Translations under genes and position numbers: made by a program | The notes under the pieces: generated by a model | What the model was told of the DNA's origin: nothing | The model's input: only the letters and a program-made list of their open reading frames with translations | The model's database searches: none | Source of the DNA: Octopus sinensis | Taxonomy: Eukaryota | DNA length: 12,971 bases | Assembly (NCBI RefSeq): GCF_006345805.1 | Contig: NW_021826480.1 | Location: 1-12,971 of the forward strand | Direction of reading: 5' to 3' | Shown here: one piece after another, positions 1 to 7,880 of the stretch | Layout of the letters: each line of letters starts with the position of its first letter | Numbering within the stretch: position 1 is the stretch's first letter

Positions 1-167
1 ATGATTCAGATATTACAACATACATATATATATACCCTTTCGGCTTCCTATCGCTTCTGAGATCTGCTCGTAACTAACAGTGCCAACAAAACTCAAAATG
101 CAAGCGAAGAATTTCTGCTCTCCCCTTTCCACCAGCGTGGGTTAAAATTCTTTAAGTATTAGAAATA

Positions 168-203
168 GATTCATATATTACATACATACATATCTATATA
201 TAC

Positions 204-243
<40 letters not shown>

Positions 244-346
244 TATATGATTCATATATTACATACATACATACATATATATATATGATTCATTTATTAC
301 ATGCATACATATATATATACATGTATTCATGCATACATACATACAC
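168..346. repeat. Higher-order minisatellite built on (CATA)/(TA) microsatellite
   Basis: GATTCATATATTACATACATACAT-like unit starts at 168, 249 and 287, with a partial copy near 323, separated by variable TA runs. Confidence 0.85.
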
Positions 347-824
347 CTTATTTTAAGCTGATATTATCAAAACATTTGTTCCTAGAAATTCCTGCGACAT
401 GTGTACCATTCGGTTAGGACACTATAATTCCTCGGATTTATATAGTTCTCGGAAATGGAAACTTTGCCAAATTCTTCGTTGTCTAAGTAGTTCCGCTACT
501 TAAAGATGAAATTAAGAGTACATAAGCAGTAAATATCAAGTATAGATTCATTCCAGAAATATAAACTTGAATTGTTTTAAAAGGTTAAACTATAACATCT
601 CTTACTAAACAGTTCTGAACATATAAACAACCGTAAAATCATATTTCGTTTAAGTGTCTTATTGAAAATCATAACTATTATATAACTGGGCATATGAAAA
701 GGAAAGATTTTATATATAATACTTGCAGTTTTTCCCTACGTTTTTCTATGTTTCGATGTGGAAATATACCGATGTCAATGTCTTCAGTTATATCCAGTTC
801 GAGTTGACAATATTTACATAAAAT

Positions 825-1037
825 AAGGCGGAAAACTGGCAGAGTTGTTAACTCACCGGGCAAAATGCTTAGCGATATTTAGTCCCTTTTTACGTACTGA
901 GTTCAAATTTTTGTGAGTCCAAATTTGCTTTCCATCTTTTCGGAATCGATAAATTAATTATCAGTTGAGAACTGGAGTCGATGCAATCGACTTGTCCCCT
1001 CCTCAAAAATTGCTGCCCTAGTTCCAAAATATGAAAT
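825..1037 (+). mobile_element. tRNA-derived SINE, family 1 (Meta/MESC-like central domain), diverged full-length copy
   Basis: AAGGCGG start, A-box-like TGGCAGAGTTGTTA (837-850), B-box GTTCAAATT (901), central TTCCATCTTTTCGGAATCGATAAATT. Aligns to the reverse complement of 3091-3560, 5164-5376 and 6844-7260. The domain name is from memory. Confidence 0.85.
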
Positions 1038-1055
1038 CAAAGACTTGCCTAAAAC

Positions 1056-1238
1056 GAGGTGGCCAACTGTCAGGTTGGTTACCGTGCCGGGCTAAATGCT
1101 TAGCGACATTTGTCCGTCTCAACGTTGCCTTTCATCCTTTCGGAATCGATAAAATAGATGCCAGTTGAATACTTAGGCCAATGCAATCGACGTTTCCCCA
1201 TTACGAAACTGCTGGCCTTGTGCCAAAATTTGAAATCA
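1056..1238 (+). mobile_element. SINE family 1, second diverged copy with B-box region deleted
   Basis: CCGGGCTAAATGCTTAGCG head, then TTGCCTTTCATCCTTTCGGAATCGATAAAA, and tail GGCCTTGTGCCAAAATTTGAAATC. The segment containing GTTCAAAT is missing. Confidence 0.8.
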
Positions 1239-1339
1239 ATATTTATGTAAAATCTGCATAATTACTTGTATTCCAATGTTACTCCAAAGAATTTGAACTT
1301 CTGCCAACTAAAATCGCACTTGAAATGAACGTGGTGGAT

Positions 1340-1490
1340 CGAAGCAAGCCTGTGTGGTTAAGACATTCGTTTCACAACAACATATTTTCGTGTTCGAATA
1401 CCGTATGCAATGAATTTCTACCCTAATTTAAGGCTTCCCGAATGAGCAATGAAAGCCAGTAAAATTTGGAGCTGCTGCAAACCGTTACAT
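1340..1490 (+). mobile_element. Highly degenerate tRNA-SINE 5' part (family 2-like)
   Basis: GCCTGTGTGGTTAAGAC...GTGTTCGAATACC resembles the head at 7441-7510 (A-box TGTGTGGT, B-box GTTCGAATAC). Downstream similarity is weak. Confidence 0.45.
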
Positions 1491-1508
1491 ACTTAGGCAA
1501 CGTTTCCA

Positions 1509-1566
1509 ATGTAACTACCCTTTTCAATCACAGGAGTCCTCCTGCGGTTGAAAAGAGTAGTAACAT
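1509..1566. repeat. Imperfect inverted repeat (hairpin)
   Basis: ATGTAACTACCCTTTTCAATCACAGGAG-TC-CTCCTGCGGTTGAAAAGAGTAGTAACAT: 28-bp arms with 4 mismatches and a 2-nt spacer. Confidence 0.85.
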
Positions 1567-1949
1567 CGTTCTCTACGGAACAACCGCATTCAGGTAGCAA
1601 CAACCATTAATTAAATGTCGATCGTTGTCGATTTTTTTCCTCCCTCTTCCTTTTCTCTTGGACTTTCCTCTGTCTCCTGTTTCTGAAGAACAGCTTTGCT
1701 CGAAACATAAAACTAACATTTTTTTCTTCCTGAGCGTACTCGCGTTGTTTTTTCTTGTATTTTATCTTCGTTTTTTGCTTTATTTTTGATTAATGAACAA
1801 GCCTTGAAAAAATATTAGACAGAAATGGTTGTTCATTTCATTGCTTAAACATATTCAAGAAATTTCACGTCGGTGCCATCAAACTGCTGGGTCATTTTTC
1901 TATTTTAGAATATTAGTGATGTCTGAAATGAAGAAATATATATATATTA

Positions 1950-2345
1950 TTTTACTTCTTTACCTGTTTCAGTCATTTGACTGCGGCCATCCTGGAGTAC
2001 CGCCTTGAAGGATTTTATTCAAACAAATCGCCCCAGGACTTATTTCTTAAGCCTAGAACTTATTCTAGCGGTTTCATTTGCCGTACCGCTACAGTTACGG
2101 GGACGTATACACGCCAAGATCGGTTGTGAAGCGTGGCGGGGGACAAACACAGACGCAAGGACACACATACACACATATATATACACAGACAGACACGACG
2201 AGCTTCTTTCAGTTTCCATCTGCCATATCTACTTGTAAGGATTTGGTTAGCCAGAGGTTATAGTAGAAGATACTTGTTTATAGTGCCACGCTGTGGGATT
2301 GAACCCGGAAAACTACAAATCTGTTTTACAACTACAAGGCAACTA
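1950..2345 (-). mobile_element. CORE-like tRNA SINE, family 2, diverged full-length copy with internal (CA/TA) microsatellite
   Basis: Reverse complement aligns along the length of 7436-7880. B-box GGGTTCAATCCC on the minus strand (~2295-2306), and tail CAGTCATTTGACTGCGGCCAT. Confidence 0.9.
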
Positions 2346-2520
2346 TTTGAGGGACTCATCTGCTTCTACTAATCCTTTCGCTTTTCTCATTATTCTTGCT
2401 TCCCAGATAAATACGACGTTTACTCTTTTTAATCTTGGATTGATCAGTTACGATGCTTAAGAAGTTTCTTATTAACTCCCTTCCTCATTTTTGGTTGATT
2501 ACCCCCATAGTAAGAAGTTT

Positions 2521-2909
2521 GTGGAGGCGCAATGGCCCAGTGGTTAGGGCAGCGGACTCGCGGTCATAGGATCGCGGTTTCGATTCCCAGACCGGGCGTT
2601 GTGAGTGTTTATTGAGCGAAAACACCTAAAACTCCACGCGGCTCCGGCAGGGATGGTGGTGATCCCTGCTGTACTCTTTCACCACAACTTTCTCTCACTC
2701 TTACTTCCTGTTTCTGTTGTACCTGTATTTCAAAGGGCCGGCCTTGTCACTCTCTGTGTCACGCTGAAAATCCCCGAGAACTACGTTAAGGGTACACGTG
2801 TCTGTGGAGTGCTCAGCCACTTACACGTTAATTTCACGAGCAGGCTGTTCCGTTGATTCGGATCAACCGGAACCCTCGTCGTCGTAACCGACGGAGTGCT
2901 TCCACCACC
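2521..2909 (+). mobile_element. Intact 389-bp tRNA(Arg)-like SINE with 12-bp TSD (possibly octopus OR1-type)
   Basis: A-box TGGCCCAGTGG, B-box GGTTTCGATTCCC, head alignable to tRNA-Arg, (CCA)n tail. Perfect TSD AGTAAGAAGTTT at 2509-2520 and 2910-2921. The family name rests on recalled length and tRNA origin and is unverified. Confidence 0.9.
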
Positions 2910-3087
2910 AGTAAGAAGTTTCCTTGCCGTTTATATAACGCTGATTGTTTTCGTTCTGGTCGGAAAATACTTCAAATCAAAAACTAAAAAAACAGATAAA
3001 ATAAAATAAATAAATCTGCGAGTGTATATGATAACAATATTTATACATTTTATATTTTAATGAATTATTGTGTTATGATAAATTATA

Positions 3088-3561
3088 ATGTTCTTTTCAA
3101 CTCTACGCACAAGGCCCGAAATTCTGGGTGAGGAGGCCAGTCGATTAGATAGACCCCATTACACAACTGATTCTTAATTTATCGACCCCGAAAGGATGAA
3201 AGGCAAAGTCAACCTCGAGCGAATTTGAACTGGGAAAGTAAAGACAGACGAAATACCTTTTTCTTTACTACCCACACGGATTAAGTCGATTATATCGACC
3301 ACAGTGCGTAACTGGTACTTATTTAATCGACCCCGAAAGGATGAAAGGCAAAGTCGACCTCGGCGGAATTTGAACTCAGAACGTAGGGGCTAAACACAGA
3401 GAGAACAAGCAAGGACAGACAAACGGATTAAGTCGATTACATCGACTCCAGTGCATAACTGGTACTTATTTAATCGACCCCGACTCACAGCGTAACGACA
3501 GACGAAATACGGCTAAGCATTTCGCCAGGCGTGCTAACGATTCTGCCAGCTCGCCACCTTA
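3088..3561 (-). mobile_element. Composite SINE family 1: one head, rearranged subfamily-B bodies and a subfamily-A body
   Basis: Head at 3511-3560, three copies of the ATCGACCCCGA core, junction GAAATAC at 3250-3256. Candidate TSD ATAAATTATA at 3078-3087 and 3562-3571. Confidence 0.9.
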
Positions 3562-3744
3562 ATAAATTATACTATGATAAAAACAATCTCCGAGAAGGAT
3601 GTGAGGTATGGTTTGATTTATTCAACAGGACTAGATCATTATACTGTGTGTACTTAAATTACGTTTACATTTTGAAAAATTCATAAGAAAAATTAAAAAT
3701 TTAGTATAACTCAGCAGCGTTTGTTGAAAAGAAAAGCAAATGAT

Positions 3745-3796
3745 AGTGCTCCACTATGACCGCAGCCGTATGGTTGAAACGAATAAAAGAATAAAA
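3745..3796 (+). mobile_element. 3' tail fragment of SINE family 2
   Basis: GTGCTCCACTATGACCGCAGCCGTATGGTTGAAACGAATAAAAGAATAAAA resembles the tail at 7827-7875. Confidence 0.55.
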
Positions 3797-3912
3797 TGAT
3801 AAACATATAAAGCTTATTAGAAACATCAGAGTATTTCCACGTGGATTCGACTGGTTGCACGCGGTTATAAACTGTTGATGTTGTAAAGATAATTTATAGA
3901 GAAGCGGTAGAA

Positions 3913-4088
3913 TGCTGCTCCGGAAACTTTTTTCAGTTGCGGTACACTTAAACACTTTTCAAAATACCGCGACAACCTGAACTATAAATATAACTAAAAG
4001 TAAAGGGAATAAAATTATATTCTTTGGCACACCTAGCATCGTCTCGTGACGCACCAGTGTGCCGCAGCATACAGGTTGCGGAGCACTA
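3913..4088. mobile_element. Decayed hAT (Charlie/Buster-type) MITE, 176 bp
   Basis: TIRs TGCTGCTCCGGAAACT and (reverse complement) TAGTGCTCCGCAACCT match at 12/16. Subterminal GTGTGCCGC/GCGGTACAC motifs. 8-bp flanks CGGTAGAA and TAATAGAA share TAGAA in register, fitting the NTCTAGAN-type TSD consensus. Confidence 0.7.
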
Positions 4089-4106
4089 TAATAGAAGAGC
4101 CTGGAG

Positions 4107-4166
4107 AGCAATCTAAACCTCGGATATAGTGGTATGCATACCACTATATCCGAGGTTTAGATTGCT
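4107..4166. repeat. Perfect 60-bp palindrome with no spacer
   Basis: AGCAATCTAAACCTCGGATATAGTGGTATG|CATACCACTATATCCGAGGTTTAGATTGCT; 30/30 complementary. Confidence 0.98.
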
Positions 4167-4226
4167 AACTTTGTATAGCCAGGATGGAATAGTGAGTGAC
4201 TGATTCATAAATATACGAAGAAATAT

Positions 4227-4352
4227 ATTTATTAACCCCAGGTAGCATGTGAGACAAAGTGTAATTTCTCTAGTTTGAAGTCTGAATGTAAAAATATGTA
4301 ACTAAATATCGCATGGCATTTTGTCCGACGCTCTACCAATTTTGCGATGACT
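4227..4352 (-). mobile_element. Highly degenerate SINE family 1 5' half
   Basis: Minus strand reads TGGTAGAGCGTCGGACAAAATGCCATGCGATATTTAG...TTCAGACTTCAAA...ACACTTTGTCTCACATGCTACCTGGGGTTAATAAAT, collinear with the family-1 head and core. Confidence 0.6.
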
Positions 4353-4809
4353 TTTCTCTCTGGACAAATGCATCCTTCCCCATCCTCACTCCTAAAACGA
4401 TATCGGGAATAAAAGTAGATCATCGATTCCAGCTGTTCGATAATTATACTTTTATTCTGAAACTTTAAAAGTAAAGCAATCAATTATATCCCCAATCAAT
4501 ATTACTGATAATTAAGCAATTTGTATATATTACTACACATATTTATCATGTATTTAATTATTATTTAGGATCTAAGTAAAGTAGATAAGAGAGAATTAGT
4601 TCTAATTGAAGCAATCTTCTCGTCTTTTGGATTTAATGAGATGTGTGTAGAATTTAAAATGATTAACTTCACAAATGCTCCGTAATTTCTGTTCTCTTTT
4701 TTTTTTTTTAATTAAACATCTTGGCAAATATCCTGCAAATCATTAAAATGTAAATCATTTGTTTTAGCTTTATTGTATCTTTATAATAGAAATAATATTA
4801 AACCAATTG

Positions 4810-5040
4810 ACTTCCAGCAGAACACTATTTTATTGAAGGACATCTGGAAATAATGTAGTATTTGTGGAGTACTACACGAATTGTTTGCATCGGCCTTGAC
4901 TTCATAGACAATCTGTAACAACCAGCAACTGATGATAGGAGAGATTCTATTTACCTGGTTCTTTGCACTGCTAAAAATAGCAGCTAAATCTCCCTCCCCA
5001 AAATCACTCGCAATTCAATCTTTACAAAAAGAAGAATTGC
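4810..5040 (+). mobile_element. Fragment of a fourth interspersed repeat (family 4)
   Basis: CTAAAAATAGCAGCTAAATCTCCCTC (4971-4996) resembles CTAGAAATAACAGTCAAATCTACCAC (8164-8189). Boundaries are approximate. Confidence 0.45.
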
Positions 5041-5163
5041 TTTAGATAATGCAACGATGTACATAATCATTCTTAATAAGTATCTTCATATTTAGCTGAG
5101 TATGCTAGAATAGTGGTTGCATTACGCGTCTGAAGAACAACTCTCTTCAAATGTTTTATATAG

Positions 5164-5376
5164 GTTTCAAATTTGGGCACAAGGCCAGCAAGTTCGGGGA
5201 GGGCGTAAGACGATTACAGAGATCCCCATACTCAACTGGTACATATGTTATCGACTTTGAAAGGATGAAAACCAAAGTCGACCTCGCCATAATTTGAACT
5301 CACAACGTAATGACGGACGAAATAATACCACTAAGCAATCTGCTCACCGTGCTAAGGAATCTGTCCGCATGCGACC
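5164..5376 (-). mobile_element. SINE family 1, diverged full-length copy
   Basis: GGCACAAGGCCAG tail, TTGAAAGGATGAAAACCAAAGTCGACCTC core, AATTTGAACTCA B-box complement, CTAAGCAA...CCGTGCTAA head. Confidence 0.9.
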
Positions 5377-5666
5377 TCTCATATGTTTTATATTGCCGAC
5401 ATTCTCGATTCCGTGACGTGGCGGACTCTAAGACACCGGTGTTTCGACCTGATTTTGTCTTTTTAGCGAAAGCTTTGTTCGGATCTGTGAATCTAAATGA
5501 GAAATTGATGTATTTGATGATGTATTTCTGTTAGATAGGGCGTATCGCTTATGAAAAAAAAAAAACAATCAAGATGGGAATGTCAGAGTTGAAATATCTT
5601 CAATCAAATAACTGCTCATCAGATTTGAAGTGAGACCAAAAATAACATCAACAACAATTACATATT

Positions 5667-5726
5667 TCATTATCATCACCATCATCATCATCATCATTAT
5701 CATCAACAGCAACAACAAACAACAAC
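5667..5726. repeat. Compound (CAT)n/(CAA)n microsatellite
   Basis: Direct reading of the sequence. Confidence 0.9.
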
Positions 5727-6219
5727 TGTGACCGGCAATCGGTGTGATTCGAAACGAACTATTTGTTTATTTTCCTACCGAGACCCGAGATATATGACAA
5801 GAGTTTATATACACACATCTATTGCCTTTCAGACGTGTCAGACATATTTCTAACATCTCCAACACACGATCTACATTTGGCTTATAACCAAAACAACAGC
5901 AGGCTTCTGTTAATCCTCTGACCCAGAAACTTCCTAACATTTGACACAGAAACTAAAAATAACAAATTTACGGCGGCAGACAGCAACGAAATAAAACAAA
6001 ACGAAACAAATATTTAAAAAAAACCCTGACAAATAAAACTGTCATTTCTTTAACATAGATGCGATTACATAGTTTTTAGTAGCTACAAAAGCAATAACAG
6101 ACAAAATAATGTATTTAAAAAAAGCCCACAAGCCATCAGAACAAGAAATACAAACATGAAACAGAAAAAGAAGAAAAAACCACCGTCTGGAGGATTGTTG
6201 CGTGAGAACTTACTAAGTG

Positions 6220-6310
6220 AATTCTTGTATTTGTTGCTGTTTTGTCTCCTTCAACCCTGATCGAAGAGACTTTTGATCAAAAAGCCTTCGAGCCGTGACT
6301 GTCTCGTCTG
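6220..6310 (-). mobile_element. 3' fragment of family 4 repeat
   Basis: Reverse complement (ACAGTCACGGCTCGAAGGCTTTTTGATCAAAAGTCTCTTCGATCAGGGTTG...AAAACAGCAACAA) loosely matches 8275-8400, including the CAA-rich tail. Confidence 0.45.
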
Positions 6311-6447
6311 TGCGTCTTCGTGTGTACCATAGACATTATTTACTAAAACGTTGTATTATGATTTCATGGAGATATGGCGTTCCAAACATGAATATCCTGG
6401 TTTTTCTGTTTTGTTTTTAAAATCTATTCCATCTTTTTGTTTTCTTT

Positions 6448-6760
6448 GTACTTGTTTTAGTTATTGGACTGCGGTCATTCTGGGGCACTACCTTTGATAG
6501 TTTAGCCGACCAAATCGACTACAATACATATTTCTTTCTGTACGTCCTGCACTTATTATACCGATCTCATCTGACGAAACTGCTATGCTACGGGAACGTA
6601 ATCAAACCCGCACCGGTTGCATATGTATGAGTGCTTCCACACAATTCCCGCCTATTATATTTACGCATAAAATGGCCCGATTGGGACTAGAGTAGAAGTC
6701 ACTAAGTCAAGTTGCCATGTACCCGAAAACATTTGGTTCCAAAGTGATCTACTTAACTTC
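6448..6760 (-). mobile_element. Old family 2-related SINE
   Basis: TTGGACTGCGGTCATTCTGGGGCAC tail and AGTAGAAGTCACTAAGTCAAGTTGCCA (CORE-like) are collinear with the reverse complement of 7436-7880. Confidence 0.75.
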
Positions 6761-6843
6761 AACTACCCCATACAGAACTGTTAAACATTAAATATGTTTC
6801 GTATGATGTTTAAATAAAAATGCTAGCGTATCGTTTGAAATAC

Positions 6844-7260
6844 CTATTTCTTTACTACCCACAAGGGGCTAAACACGGAGAGGACAAACAAGAACAGACA
6901 GACGGATTAAATCGATTAAATCGACCCCAGTGCGTAACTGGTACTTAATTTATCGACCCCGAAAGGATGAAAGGCAAAGTCGACGTCAGCAGATTTCGAA
7001 CTCAGAACGTAACCGCAGACGAAATACCTATTTCTTTACTACCCACAAGTGGCTAAACACAGAGAGGACAAACAAGAACAGACAAACGGATTAAGTCGAT
7101 TATATCTACCTCAGTGCGTAACTGGTACTTAATTTAACGACCCCGAAAGGATGAAAGCAAAGTCGACCCCGGCAGAATTTGAACTCAGAACATAACGGCA
7201 GACGAAATACGACTACGTATTTCGCCCGGCGTGCTATCGTTTCTGCCAGCTCGCCGCCTT
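6844..7260 (-). mobile_element. Head-to-tail dimeric SINE family 1 (subfamily B) with 13-bp TSD
   Basis: 50-bp head (7211-7260) plus two bodies of 183 and 184 bp (~91% identical by hand alignment). TSD TCGTTTGAAATAC at 6831-6843 and 7261-7273. Confidence 0.95.
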
Positions 7261-7435
7261 TCGTTTGAAATACATTTGGCAAGCATTTTATAAAGGACAC
7301 ATTATCACGAAAAGATTCGGTGCTGAATCTGTCTTCCAGTATTTTCCAATGTTCACGTTGATAATCCTGACGCTAATACCTTCCTAGAGCAAAGGTTAAT
7401 ACTGCAGAGACAATCATAGATAAAAAATTTGCTCT

Positions 7436-7598
7436 AGGTGCAGGAGTGGCTGTGTGGTAAGCGGCTTGCTTACCAACCACATGGTTCCGGTTTCATTCCC
7501 TCTGCGTGGCACCTTGGGCAAGTGTCTTCTACTATAGCCTCGGGCAGACCAAAACCTTGTGAATGGATTTGGTAGACGGAAACTGAAAGAAGCCCGTC

Positions 7599-7647
<49 letters not shown>

Positions 7648-7880
7648 GTATGTATGTATGTGTATATGATTGTGTGTCTATGTTTGTCCCCCACCAACAT
7701 CGCTTGACAACCGATGCTGGTGTGTTTACGTCCCCATAACATAACGGTTCGGCAAAAGAGACCGATAGAATAAGTGCTGGGCTTCCAAAGAATATGTCCT
7801 GGGGTCGATTTGCTTGACTAAAGGCGGTGCTACAGCATGGCCACAGTCAAATGACTGAAACAAGTAAAAGAGTAAGGAGT
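7436..7880 (+). mobile_element. CORE-like tRNA SINE, family 2, full length with internal (TA)n/(TATG)n
   Basis: A-box TGGCTGTGTGG, B-box GGTTTCATTCCC, CORE-like GCACCTTGGGCAAGTG, internal microsatellite 7600-7665, (GTAAAAGA)-type tail. Confidence 0.93.

Noticed and set aside
445-486. VLGNGNFAKF, resembling a kinase glycine-rich loop (GxGxFAKV)
   Set aside because: Stop codon follows within four codons, there is no downstream VAIK-type lysine motif, and no good donor precedes the stop.
1607-1790. Minus-strand frame containing KLFFRNRRQRK, resembling homeodomain helix 3
   Set aside because: Lacks the conserved Trp and helices 1-2, lies in purine-rich low-complexity sequence, and has no credible acceptor.
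2524-2598. Possible tRNA gene
   Set aside because: Acceptor and anticodon stems do not pair properly, and it continues into a SINE body with tail and TSD.
2005-2856. ORFs 2005-2238, 2078-2263, 2133-2372 and 2605-2856
   Set aside because: They lie within SINE copies and show no protein-family features.
3743-3751. TAGTGCTCC as the left TIR of the hAT element
   Set aside because: Better explained as part of a family-2 SINE tail; the end at 3913 has subterminal motifs and an in-register TSD.
5348-5492. Minus-strand 145-nt open exon candidate (FTDPNKAFAKK...) ending at ACG|GTGAGC
   Set aside because: The donor is inside a SINE head, the peptide is unrecognisable, and no compatible neighbouring exons were found.
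6844-7210. CRISPR-like or simple satellite array
   Set aside because: Units are 184-bp contiguous SINE bodies with no unique spacers, in a eukaryotic context with no cas genes.
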